Origin: Paraspadella gotoi
Lineage: Eukaryota; Animalia; Chaetognatha
DNA length: 64,000 nucleotides
NCBI GenBank assembly: GCA_051294375.1
Contig: CM119263.1
Span: forward strand, 3,311,232-3,375,231
Reading direction: 5' to 3'
The position numbers and the translations under genes were made by a program. Below the pieces are notes generated by a model that worked only from the letters and a program-made list of their open reading frames with translations, did no database searches and was not told where the DNA came from. Of this stretch, positions 26,101 to 37,745 are shown piece by piece (the first letter of the stretch is position 1; each line of letters begins with the position of its first letter).

Positions 26101-29100
26101 ATTAATAAACATTAACGAATAATATAAAAAATAGTACTGAAATAATAAACATCCATGATTTGGAGAAGATCCTTTGTGAGAAAGCAAGAAGATGTTAGAA
26201 TAATGGAAAACATAAAACTACTACTAGTGTGATCTAGTAAATATAAATAGTTATGATGTTCATTTGTTTTTACATAATTATAATAACATGCTATAATAAC
26301 ATAATAATAATAACATAATTGGAATATCTATTGTTATGTACCAAGGTGGTGAAAAGCAGTGAGACGCAACTCACGAACAAGTAGGCCCGGGATCGAACCC
26401 GGGAGATAACTCTTTTAATTTGATTTGATTAAATCGTTTATAAATTTCATTGTACATTATTTTAAGGTAAACACATTCATAATATTGTTTGGCAGTTTGC
26501 CTCACTTCTTCGGCTCAAAACGCGAAGAAACCGGATCCAATTGGTGGAACTGTTGTGGGTTAGCCTATTGCATATCTATTGAGCGATTTGAGCTAGCTCC
26601 TGCTTTTGCTCCGCTTGCTCTGCTTGCTCTGCTTTGTCCTTAAATGATTCAATTTCCGCGGGAGGAAGCGGCGGCGTCTTAAGCGTCTTGGAAACGGCTT
26701 TGATTGGCGCCGGTTTCATGACTGCGTCAAATGCGGCGCCGCCGGATAGAGCTGGGCCGAATTTGGGCGCGGTAGACGGAGAATAGACGCCGCCTAATTG
26801 GGTGTTTTGAAGATGATAGTCGAGGATGTATTCCGGCGTCGTCGGGTGCAGCGGAGGCCGCTGCTGCGTAAGAGGGCGTCAGCACCGGAGACGGCGGCAG
26901 CTGCTGCGGCAGATGAGATAGGGCAACATCTGCGGAGACGGCGGTAGCCGCGGAGGCGACAACTTCGGCGGGATTGTATGATACGGCAGCTGCGGGAAAT
27001 GCTGCAGGGCAAGAGGCTGCTGCTGGGACGAGGCGATGGCGTTCTGGGGGTCGTTGACGCCGACGGGCGAATATTTGTAGTCGGGCATTGCCTAGGTTCA
27101 CCCCGCCTAGAAGAATGACACTTTCAGTTGTGACCCGATGGCTCATTGAGTAAAGCCATCAGCTCATGACCACTAGGTACCGGGTTCAATCCCAACCCGG
27201 TACTTACCCTGCGGGAAACGTAAGGACGGCCGTAAGCCGTCTTGGGGACATGGAAAATCCTCAAGCCTGGTTCCAAGCCCAGGGACCCGTTCCATGTCTG
27301 CTCGAGGGGGTTATAGAAGTTACGGAGAGTCATCCTTGATAGTTTATAGTTGGCAGCGCCGTGACGCACTTGTTGGGCGGCGCTGCTTGAGCGTTGATGA
27401 CAGAATCTTTGTAGGTGCCTTTCGAGTCGGGGAGTTTCTGGATGAAAGTTCTGTCCCTGGAAGGAGAGAAAAATAATAATTGGATTTGTGATATGTGATT
27501 GGTGATAAGAATAAGATTAGTGATAGATTTTAAGAGATAGAGAAAAACCAATGAATTAATACTAATGATTTAAAAAAAATTAAAGAAGGGGTTTACTGAT
27601 TAATAAATATGATAATTTTGAAAATTAATATTTAAGGAAAAATAGTTTTTAATGGCGAAAAACTAGGATTTGTTTAATAGTATTACAATCGCTGATGAAG
27701 ACTTGAAATCATAAGTCGAAACAAGTCCGATTGTAATTCTATTAAACAAACCCTTGTTTTTCGCCTTTAAAAACTGTTTTTCCTTAAATTCAAATAAAAA
27801 GAAAAAAGAGATTAACTTAATGAAAATAAATATAAAGATCTTACAAGATAACCGGTCAAAATTAAGAAATTAAAAAAATTAGGAAATAGACGATTTACTA
27901 ATTGAATAAAGTAATCTGTTCATCAATAAAACAATAAATAAATAAATCGCTAAAGTAATATAAGGCAAAATAGCTTATTTGTTAAATGAATACTTTTTAT
28001 ATTGGTTGTACATAGTACAAATTTCATATCAATAACTGAAATATTCGAAAAAAAAAACAACAAATAAACTAAACCCATCAATCGATAAAAAATAAATAAT
28101 AATAAAAATAATTAATAAAAATAATTAATATTAATAATTAAAATTAATAATATTAATAATAATAAAATTAATAATTAATATATATATATAAATTAAAATG
28201 ACTTACTGGGGCGTGAAAGACTCGGGCGGAAAGCAGGCGAAGAGGAGGTGGATGAAATTCGAGAAATGTGTGAAGTGGGGATAAGGGAAGAAGGGAAACT
28301 CGTTGGGGATATTGTTGGGATTATAGGAATCGTAGGAAGATTGGGGAACGTGGGGATTCAAGGCATTGTAGGAAGATTGGGGAACGTGGGGATTGTAGGG
28401 ATATTGGGGAACGTGGGGATTCAATGGATTGTAAGAATTTTGGGGAACGTGGGGATTCAAGGGATTGTAGGAAGATTGGGGAACGTTGGGATTGTAGGGA
28501 TATTGGGGAACGTGGCGATTCAAGGGATTGTAGGGATATTGGGAAACGTGGGGATTCCGGTGATCATGGGAATATTGGGAAACGTGGGGATTCCGGGGAT
28601 CGTTGGAATTTTGGGGAACGTGGAGATTCCAGTGATCGTTGGAATATTGGGGAATGTGGGGATTTTGGGGATTTTGATTGACGACGAGTTGGGTCTGGGG
28701 CATGGTCGGTAAGGCGGCGGATGAGTGGGCGTGAGGGTAGGGGTCGACCAGGACAGAAGGGTAGGGATGAGATTTGGGGTCGGCGGCGGCGGGGGCGTCA
28801 TTTTTCTGCTTTTTAGCCGGAGGTCTTTCTGCTTCTTTGTCTTCATGGGATCTTTTCTGCGGTTCGACCTTTTCGACTCCTTGAGGAATTCCGTTGATGA
28901 AGATGGTCGGCATCTGTGGAGGGACTTTCTGGAGGGAGTCGAGTTCCTCGATGATCGCGTCCAAGACTGTTTGCGAGACCTGGAGATTGGAGAAAGTTTA
29001 AGTTGTCAATAAGTGAATAAATTAGTAAGAAAAGAAAATCTAATTGTTATTTTCCTAAAAACAAAAAGTAATAGAATAATAAATATATTATAATAATAAA

Positions 29101-30967
29101 TATTATAAATAATAATATTAATAAGTATTATTAAATAATGATAGGTGATAATAATAAAAATAACATCCAGAAAGAACCGTTTCCTCATTTCTCCTCATCC
29201 TCTTCCCCCTCCTCCCGGAGATCCAGGCTCGAGTCCAGCATTTAGGTTTTTCATTCACGCTCCTTTTTCTCTCTCACCGTCCCTCTCCCGTTCAGCTTCT
29301 GTTACCCTTTTTTTTTACCACTGACTTAGCCGCTTACAATATATATATATATATATTTCCCACCATTTTCCCCCGTCCTTACTTAGATTCAGTCAGACCT
29401 TAGTTAGAGTGAGAGAATACATAATATAATGAATAAATATATAAATAGATTAAAAAATTAAATTAATGAATAAAAAAATTAGTAAATAAGTGAATTGGGA
29501 ATTAATTAAAGATAGAAAAAAAATTAGTGAATAAAAGAGAGACAGAGATAAAGAAAGAGAAAAAGAAAGAAAAACAAAGAGAGAGAGAGAGAGAGAGAGA
29601 GAGCGCTATTCATTGATCATAGGCCATAACTGAGGAAAGAGCGTAAAGATTAATAGTATACTTACAAACTCGGTCAAAATTCCTGTATTATTTGAGGAGT
29701 GACTTTTTTTCTCTCTCTCTCACTCACAGTACCGAAACAATATCAACAATATCAACCATAGACATTAGACAACAATAAGACCAAAAACAACAAAAAACTT
29801 ACCTCTTTCCTCTCCTTAGAGAACTTGGACGCCTGCTTCTGAGAGAGAGTTCCCTTCTCGGCTTCCTTTCCCCGCCGACGACGATTTTGGAACCATATTT
29901 TGACCTGTCCGCTATGAACCTGCAGGCGCTTGGCCAGGCGTTCCTTCTGCGCCTGATTGATGTAGGGTTTTATTCTGAAGACCCCTTCCAAGACTTCCTG
30001 CTGGTGAAGGAGAAAGCTGAACCTTTCTCCTTCCTTAGTCTGGCGGACGTCGGGCAGCTCTTCGAGGGGGGACTGCTCGTCGGACTGCCCGTCGGAAGGG
30101 GTTTCGCTGCCTTGGTTCGACATGGTGGAGGAGGCGATGCGGAGGCGATGTAGAGACGATGCGGAGACGATGCGGAGGCGATGCGGAGGCGATGCGGATT
30201 TCAAATTTGTGGGCGGAGGCGAATGACGAATGAGAAAGAGTTTCCAGCGCGCGAGCGGAAAGTGTCCTTCAAGTTTTAGTCGTTAAAATAGTGAGCGTTT
30301 TATGAAGAGAGTTAGAGAGTTAGAGAGTAGCGATATTTTTTTTTTTAAATTGATGGAGCGAAATTTAGTTTGAGAGAGAGAAGTTTAGTTTGAAGCGAGT
30401 TGTGAGAAATAGTTAAAGATTGAGAGACGATAGCGAAAGAACGAAATATCGAAAGGAATCTATATTATTTTTTTCAATTCAGGAAAATTAATTCGCGAAC
30501 GAAAAAAAAATGAGAAGAAACTTTGTTTGGAATTTGTTCCGTTAATCGTGTCGTGTCTTATATATGGGAGAAAGTATGAGGTGAGGAAGAGGAGAAGGAA
30601 GAGGAGGAGGAAGAGGAGAAGGACGAGGAGAAAAAGGGGAGATTCAGAGAGAGAGGGAGAGATCGCGGCGACGATGACCGCGGCGGTGACTTTCTTACGG
30701 GTGGAACCGAGAGAGAGAGAGAACATTGAACATTTATCTGAGTGGGGCTTTAGGCACAAAGTTAGGCCCTTAAAAGCGAGAGAGAGAAAAAGAGAGAGAG
30801 AGAGACTTTAGACCAGTGATTCAAACTACCTCAAAAATATACGTTATCGAGATTGAATTTTTAAACACGGTCGTATTAGTTCTAACAGTTAATTGTACTT
30901 CAGACTACTTTATTTTAGAGGGAGTCGATCGAGGCGACAGTGATCGCGGCGGTAACTTTCTTACCGG

Positions 30968-30999
<32 letters not shown>

Positions 31000-33900
31000 C
31001 GCGGTTTTTGGTCAGCGTTAGGAAATTTTGTCGGCAAATCGAACGGACGGTGGAATCGACGTTTGGTGCTTCGACGACGACGAAAACGACGACGACGACG
31101 ACCTTCTAGAGACGACGATCACGAGAGCGCCAGTGGCGTTGGCGGCGATGGCTGAAGTGACGAGGAGTGGCGGCGGGTTTAGCGGCGACGGTCGGTGGCG
31201 TCGCGACGCCGATGCTTGGAAAGACGACGATGACGACGACAACGACGACGATTATGACTATGACATTAAATTCAATCAACGAATGTGATCAACTTATATG
31301 TTAGTGGTCTGAAGCGTCGATATACACTCTTAGTGCACTCATATGATATATATAGCTAAATAAAACTGGTATAGGTAGTTTCATTTTTAACTACATTTTA
31401 AACTGGGCCGGGTGACATGGTCTTATGAAAGTTTAAGCTATACTAAGCAATCGAGGTCGGGTTGGGAAAAATGTTGGGTGTGGCTGTTAGAGCGGAATTC
31501 GTGATTCTTTTTTTCGCCCATCGCCTGGTACGAGATATTTGAGCTTCTAATTGGGTTACCTTCTCTTAATTTACCATCTGTTTAGACGATTGATTTGTGA
31601 GACGATCCACGATTCATCTCCATTTTCTTCACACCTGACGTCATTAAAATCGAGGGACATTGGCGATCGCAAATTCTATGATGAAGAAAATGAAGAATAA
31701 GCAATTAAGCATTAAGCAATTAAGCATTAAGCAATTAAGCATTAAGCATTAAGCATTAAGCATTAAGCATTAAGCAATTAAGCATTAAGCAATTAAGCAA
31801 TTAAGCATTGCTAAGAGCGATGGCAATCGATAGAAACATCGACAGAAAGACTCAGATATCGATCAGTCGCCTTGCTTGTAAATACGGAATTTAAGGAAAA
31901 GAAATTTAAAAAAAAATGTTATATAATTACAAATATTTACGAAGGGCAAAGAATAAAATTAAATAAGATTCGTAGAGATCCCTATTCTCCCTTTTTAGGT
32001 TTAGTCGCGACAAATTTTCATTCTCATTCACTATTTAACCAATTAAATTACTTTCGTGACAGAATTTGTTATTCGTCAAATTTAACTTCACTCAAACTAA
32101 CTCAAACTCACTTAAGCTAAAATCCTGATATCTGAATGCGAAAGGAAAAGATAAGATTGGCGAAATTCTCTTCGATGCCCAATTGCCGTCTGACGGGGCA
32201 GCGAATCTCTCTCTCTCTCTCTCTTCTCCCATTCTCTCCTCTCATCTCTCTCATCTCCTCTTCTCATCCATCATCTCTCTCCTTCGGTCAAACGGCGAAT
32301 TTCTTTCCTAGACAATGGCACAAAGACGCCATGATGGCAACGACAATGACGTCCCCGAGTCAATCCCACAAAACGAAGCCCGAATTAAGGACAAAAGGAA
32401 AAAGAAAATGAGACTGGAATCGAGAGATTCCGACTTTGATCGAGAGGTTGAGGTGACCACTCGACAAACTCCAGGTGCGATCGCGGGACTCACCAGATGG
32501 AGAGGTGACCCAATGGTGCCCCATGGTTCCAATGGTCAGGTGGAAGTCTTTGTTTGTTGTTCCAGATTTTCGATTCCTTGACCGAATGAAAAAGAGTCAA
32601 TTGTCTTAAATGTCGAGATTCGTGTGGTGTATCTGCGGGGAAAGAAAAGATCGACATGGAGCCAACTCTGAATCACCGTGATTCAAATCTCACTTCCAAT
32701 ATCATCAAAAGTTATGTTCATTTACAATTTCACTTTTCCGCGATTGGTAATATTTTGCCATACAGTTACACAATAGCAAGTAAACCATGAGAATCATGTA
32801 TTTTAGCGAGAAAAATATTTCAGAAAATTAAATTATGTTTTGCAATTTTGGTTGGTCCAAAAATCAGATTGCCAAATCGTCGTGCCCAAAGCTATATTAC
32901 TATACTACTATATAGTTTCTCTCCGTTGTCAGAATATTAGAACAATATTTCGAGTGCTGGAACTTGGCTTATAAAAAAAATTAAAGATATAGAGATTAAG
33001 AAATTAAAATGCATAGTTACTATGCTCTTCCCTCAAAAATATTTTACAAACGAGGAATAAGGTATCCTGGTATCTCTCTTTATAGTTTTATAACCGTTTT
33101 CTTCGCCCTCCCTCTTTCCAACAACAACAACAACAATTCTAACAACAACAATCCACAATCCCCCCACGCTCCCTCGCAAAGGCCCGGCCACGATCTGCCT
33201 CCAAAACCTCCGCAAGTCCTTCAAGTACGGAGGACGCCACAACGTGCCCAGCCGGCGCGAACTGGAGGCGTTGTCGGCGGGACGGCAGACGCGGCGCCAG
33301 AAGGTGCTGCTCCCCGGCGCCATCCCCGTCTTCGTCGCGTCGACGCCTTCGAGCGTCGCCAAAGACATCATCGACGAAATCTGCTCCAGACTCAACATCC
33401 TCGACGCGGTGCAGATGGAAGAGTTCGGACTTTATTACATCAAGGTGAAAGATTGATGGGGTTCGGGATTTACTACATCAAGGGTGAGAGGATTGATTGC
33501 GTTTGCCGTTTGGGATTTACTACATCAAGGGAGAACGGATTTATGGAATGCTGTAAAGTATAAGTTTTAAGTATAATGAAGTTTAAATAATGCCCTTAAA
33601 ATTCGAAAGTAAAAAAAAAAAGCCACAATTGAACAACGTTGAAACAAAACTTTCGACCTACGAATTCATTACGAAAGTAAAACAAAAAAAAAAAAAGAAA
33701 AAAAAGAAGTATTGTGCCGTCTCGCATGGAAATCACTTCTGATTACTTTCAATCTCTTTCAGATTATTTCAATCAATTTGAATCTCTTTTAATTACATTA
33801 AATCTTTTTTAATTATTTTCCTTCAATCTCATTAAATCACCAACATCACATTAACCCGACATTTATACAATCTTTCATCAAAGACAATCAACATTTTTGG

Positions 33901-36705
33901 CCAACTTTGCGTTAACAAAATACTAAGAAACAATGCTTTGATAACTTAACTTATGTGTTTTTTTTATCATTCTTTTTTTGCCTGTGAATGTATTTGTGCA
34001 TCAATCTGTATCATTATCGCCTGTCAATTCAAGTAACAATCACTTTCAATTCCAATCACCCTTTAACTTCATCAGTCAATTTAAATCACCATTTATCGTC
34101 ATCAGTCAATTAAAATCACCCTTTATCGTCATCAGTCAATTCAAATCACCCTTTATCGTCATCAATCAATTTAAATCACCCTTTATCGTCATCAGTCAAT
34201 TCAAATCACCCTTTAACGTCATCAGTCAATTCAAATCACCCATTATCGTCATCAGTCAACTCAAATCACCCTTTATCGTCAGCAGTCAATTCAAATCACC
34301 CTTTATCGTCATCAGTCAATTCAAATCACCCTTTATCGTGATCAATCAACTCAAATCAAACGTACCCCAGTCAACCTTGAATTCACCTCTCTCTCTCCTC
34401 GTCTCTCTCGACCAGGACAACGAGGAGCTCCTCTTCCCGATTTCCGACGAGGAATACATCTTCGACCTGACGACGCGTTTCGAGATCGTCGACCCCAAGA
34501 CTAAGAGGCCGCAGCCGTTCGACATGGTCTTCAGGAGAGTCTCTTGGCACTTCCCTCTCGTGAGGCTGGACAACCATCTCTTCGTCGACGTCATGTTCAG
34601 TCAAGTGAGCGGAGGATCGGCCGCTGTTGCTGTTGTAGTTGCTGTTGAAGATGATGTAGTTGTAATTTTGTCCATCTAAGTTACCGTTACGTTTCCAACT
34701 AATAATTTATATTGTCTTGCGATAGATATGATGATAAACCAAAAGCTATGTATTCTGTAGAGGGAAGAGACGGTGATAATTGTTATGTGTTAGTGACAGA
34801 ACCGTTCAATATTAGCAGTCCCTGAGCTTCGGATCAGGCTGTAACACCGTGTTACAGGCGGGTTAAGCGCCCCGACCTTCTTAATTTCTAAGCGACCACC
34901 CTATCATCTGCTGTCATAAATTCGTGATGTTTAATCACGAATCGGCATTGATTTATCATGGTATACAATGTTTTTGATTCGGTAATAACAAATAATTGAA
35001 ACGGTACGTACAACATTGCATACAAATCAATACAAGTTCATTGGGATTGTGCCTAGATTTTAATCGTAATCTTCCATTAAATCTTTTCCACAGGTCGTGC
35101 CCGATTATCAAGATGGTCTTTTGTTGCCTCATCCCGACAACCGTTTGTCCGATGAATCAGTTTCGCAAGTGACTCGTTTGGCGGCGCTGCTTTACCTCTC
35201 ACAAATGGCTAACAAGGCGGAGGGGACTAAAAGTAAGTTATCTGTTTTAAGAAATGAATATGAACGTAAATTTTGCGAAAAATATAATAGTAATTTTCTG
35301 TTGTATGCTAATTTAATTACTAGTGTAATCAAGGTTGGACTTTTTACAGGTTTTCAAGGCGAAAAAGAATCTAATGGTAATTGGTTATGGCTTAAAAAGC
35401 TCCAAGTATCTAATTTGCGAGAATACAAAACAAAAGCGGGAAAAATATATAATACCGTATATATCTATACAAATGTGGGTCCAATAAATTATTATAATCT
35501 ACATAATCCGAAATTTAACATCTATATCTCTACTTTAAAAACGTTTCTAGGCGGAAGCATAAACTCTGAAAAAGTGAAGGAATTTCTCCCGAAGCCGATT
35601 CGAGATTCGGATGCGAATCTGACGAATTTTGCTTCGAACGTCGCGGATCAAGTAAAGATGATGAACACAATCTCTCAGACTGAAGCCAAAGGTAATGAAA
35701 TCCAATCATTGAATAGATATCATCAAATCAATGAATCAATGATTCTATGTATCAAGCTAGCAATCAATCGATTAATCATTCTATCGATCGAGTAATCAAT
35801 AAATCAATCATTCGTTCTATCTATCGATCTAGCAATCAATCAAATTAATCAATCAATCAAATCAATCTAACAATCAATAAATTCTATATATATTCTATGA
35901 GTTCTATCTAATCCATCTAATCCATCTAATCTATCTAATCTATCTAACCTATCTAACCCATCTCTCCCAGTCTGCTTTTTGAATCAAATTCAAAAATGGC
36001 CTCTCTTCGGTTCTTCGTTTTTCGAAGTGAAGGGAGCGTCGCATCCACGGATCAAAGACGTCGCTTTGTTGGCCGTTAACAGGTGCGATGTACAGATGCA
36101 ACCATCGGTTGTCCCTCAATAAACTAATTACTTTACTATACTATTACTATAATCGTATACTATCTCTTCTATATATAATATAAATAATATATATAAAAAA
36201 TATTCCGTTCTATGAATGGCTCCCGCGATTCTACAGTTCAAATTATAAGACCGAGTGACCGAGAGAAGGGGGGGGGCCCTATGCCTCTCTGACGAGTTTC
36301 ATCGCCCCCCCCCCCAAATTGAGTGTCCCCAGTGGCTCTCTCAGATTTTTCGGTCAGTTTCCCTTAATTCCCGAACTTCGGAACCGGCGGTAGGCTTGCT
36401 ACCGTTGGTCCCTTTTTTTTCAAGAACCAGGGAACATTGGAAATGAATCGTTGTCTCTTTACAATACCATCGCGCTGATGAACAGTCATATCGTTGATTG
36501 GATCTCATGTCCCACATCACATGATTTCCTCAAAAGCCATTGTTTAAAAAGGAAAAGGTTTCATTTCTTGTTCATCTATTTCGATCAGATACGGAGCGAG
36601 TTTCCTTCAACCCTCAACCAAAATACCACTCCTCGTTTTTCCTCTTCACGAAATATTCTCGACCAGGTTAGATTTGATTTTTAAGTTGGAAACAAAGGCT
36701 GTCAG

Positions 36706-36776
<71 letters not shown>

Positions 36777-37098
36777 CTCTCTCTCTCTCTCATATTTTAT
36801 TGTATTGTTATTTTTCCGCAGGAAAGTGACCTCGTCCGAAGGAAAGAACTTTCTCGATATGAAATGCGGAAATATCATGATGCAGGTCAGCGAAAAGTTA
36901 GTTCGATTGATGTCCATATAACGTTAAAAATAACGAAGTGGTTAATCTGATTAATCGTTACCTTTTTTTCTCAAACAGAAGGTAACGCGAATCGAAACTG
37001 AGTTCGGAAACGAAATCGCGGCTCTGATTGGTCAATACATATCACTCTCTCACAAGGAGGAAGAGACAAAGAGACAATTGGAGAGGGACATTTTCTGA
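46..37098 (+). CDS. Myo15: Unconventional myosin XV-like protein, tail region (5'-partial, multi-exon; MyTH4-FERM-SH3-MyTH4-FERM)
   Basis: GT-AG exons in consistent phase include ~46-194, 1021-1095, 1455-1571, ~2068-2192, 3241-3367, ~3782-3920, 5469-5580, 6001-6097, 7332-7413, 7645-7845, ~14036-14166, 16108-16346, 18655-18804, 24770-24873, 24958-25018, 33182-33444, 34416-34604, 35094-35232, 35551-35691, 35971-36082, 36589-36666, 36822-36885, 36979-37098 (TGA); further Pro-rich exons lie between 8.1 and 14 kb. Class XV-like motifs: [139 protein letters not shown]. Three exons carry apparent frameshifts. Confidence 0.9.
1563..1877 (+). repeat. ~35-bp minisatellite, ~9 copies, starting in a myosin exon end and containing its splice donor
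   Basis: Unit GCCCAAATC|GTTAGTAAAGGGGACTCGTTAATGCT; the first copy overlaps the exon end at 1571. Confidence 0.9.
2301..2659. other. Assembly gap (359 N); 10-N gaps also at 39472-39481, 50628-50637 and 58743-58752
   Basis: Runs of N in the sequence. Confidence 1.
2939..2950 (+). promoter_or_regulatory. TATA box of the tRNA-Sec gene (external Pol III promoter)
   Basis: TATAAATAAATA begins 31 nt upstream of the tRNA 5' end, the position known for metazoan tRNA-Sec/U6-type promoters. Confidence 0.75.
2970..3056 (+). tRNA. tRNA-Sec (anticodon UCA)
   Basis: 9/4 fold. Acceptor GCCCGGATG/CTTTCGGGC with discriminator G; 6-bp D stem CTTCAC-TGGT-GTGGGG; anticodon arm GCAGG-CTTCAAA-CCTGT; long variable arm TCGTG-GGAA-CACGA; 4-bp T stem GAGG-TTCAATT-CCTC; T-run about 15 nt downstream. 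Very close to the vertebrate tRNA-Sec sequence as recalled. Confidence 0.97.
8560..9431 (+). mobile_element. ~260-bp interspersed repeat (possible solo LTR) interrupted by a hAT-like insertion
   Basis: Ends TGTGGC...GCCATA flanked by ACAG on both sides; both halves match, in reverse complement, 52375-52471 and 51584-51728. Confidence 0.6.
8648..9255. mobile_element. Non-autonomous hAT-like DNA transposon
   Basis: 8-bp direct duplication ATGCGTAG (8640-8647, 9256-9263); imperfect TIRs TAGGTTGGAG / CTCCACCTC; AT-rich non-coding interior. Confidence 0.7.
18113..18146 (+). pseudogene. 3' fragment of a tRNA-Leu-like sequence ending in encoded CCA
   Basis: GTGGGCGTGGGTTCGAATCTCACCTCTGCCACCA comprises a T arm, the acceptor 3' strand and CCA; no 5' half is present. 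Confidence 0.6.
19133..22988 (-). CDS. Secreted non-catalytic serine protease homolog (S1 fold) with a C-terminal extension, ~477 aa, nested in a myosin intron
   Basis: Ten phase-consistent exons: 22988-22928, 22545-22460 (GC donor), 22353-22189, 21771-21539, 21383-21222, 20957-20832, 20597-20382, 20034-19906, 19819-19720, 19288-19133. Hydrophobic N-terminus [17 protein letters not shown]; motifs [56 protein letters not shown]. Confidence 0.88.
24073..24428 (+). mobile_element. Interspersed repeat with an internal tRNA-like (A/B box) segment, SINE-like
   Basis: TGGCTCATTGAG and GGTTCAATCCC boxes; the 5' part matches 27096-27340 and the 3' part matches 34757-34884. Confidence 0.75.
27096..27346 (+). 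mobile_element. Second copy of the SINE-like repeat, inserted in the last exon of the homeobox gene
   Basis: Aligns by eye with 24073-24290; supplies the in-frame TGA at 27330-27332 on the minus strand. Exact boundaries are uncertain. Confidence 0.75.
27330..30123 (-). CDS. Divergent homeodomain protein (~406 aa) nested antisense in a myosin intron
   Basis: Exons 30123-29803, 28979-28207 and 27456-27330, GT-AG and in phase. Homeobox at 30036-29857: [60 protein letters not shown] (R5, F8, L16, F20, Y25, W48, F49, Q50, N51, R53). Confidence 0.85.
27630..27789 (+). ncRNA. Minimal type I hammerhead ribozyme motif capping a ~62-bp inverted repeat
   Basis: CTGATGA at 27692-27698, an extra A, helix II GACTT/AAGTC, then GAAAC-AA-GTC at 27718-27727; helix I is formed by arms 27630-27691 and 27728-27789 with few mismatches. 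Confidence 0.75.
28320..28675 (-). repeat. Coding tandem repeat (21/30-bp units; [12 protein letters not shown]-like) in homeobox exon 2
   Basis: About 12 frame-preserving units visible in DNA and in the translation. Confidence 0.9.
31698..31809. repeat. (TAAGCAT/TAAGCAAT)n tandem repeat
   Basis: 7-8 bp units read directly. Confidence 0.9.
34050..34357 (+). repeat. 30-bp minisatellite (~10 copies) upstream of the acceptor at 34415
   Basis: Unit AAATCACCCTTTATCGTCATCAGTCAATTC; accounts for the spurious [13 protein letters not shown]. Confidence 0.92.
34757..34884 (+). mobile_element. 3' fragment of the SINE-like repeat
   Basis: Near-identical to 24316-24428; contains hairpins CCTGA..TCAGG and CTGTAACA..TGTTACAG. 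Confidence 0.75.
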
Positions 37099-37745
37099 AA
37101 ATCCTGACATGTCACATTAAATCGGTCAATCTAAGATAGACCACGGAAAGCCATATAAAATCGTTTTATTTCTTTTTCCCCTAAGTATCTTATACCAGAT
37201 TCCACTTATTATCAATAGGTCTGCCGTGTGGTATTTAATATAACCTATGTGTTTAATGTAATATGTATGTTTTATAATTTACATTTTGTATTGCATGTCG
37301 ATATTGATATCAGTTACCCATTTATTCCCTTTTCTCACTTCACATAACTTGAGGTGTAATCTAGTCATTTAAACATTTGTATTGTTTCGATGATTCTTAT
37401 TTTAATTGTTTCTAATTGGTCATGCCCAAATTATATTAGGAAAAAAACTAAATGAATTTTTCTTCTATTAACTTCACACAACAAAAAGTTTTAATTTATT
37501 TTTAAACAAATACAAACCTTTTTCTCATTTTATAAGGTATTTATTAAAAATAAGTGACTAAACTTGATCATAAAATCCCTTTTTATTATGCAGCAAAAAG
37601 AACTTTCAGTGTAAAGAGACAAAAATACATTTTAAATTCTCGATAAGGACGACTACGCGTAAAGAAAGTTAACAAAAACCTAAGACGTACACTCAGGGTT
37701 AGAGATTTGGGGCTAAATATTAGGAATTTGGGTTGAAAATTGTGA

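Noticed and set aside
27330-27332. Selenocysteine readthrough of the homeobox TGA, given the nearby tRNA-Sec
   Set aside because: The TGA comes from an inserted repeat, no SECIS was recognised, and proximity to a tRNA gene is irrelevant in eukaryotes.
28248-28846. Collagen-like or GNVGI-repeat ORFs on other frames
   Set aside because: Shadow frames of the coding tandem repeat in homeobox exon 2.
33978-34415. [10 protein letters not shown] repeat protein
   Set aside because: Intronic 30-bp minisatellite that happens to be in frame with the real exon starting at 34416.
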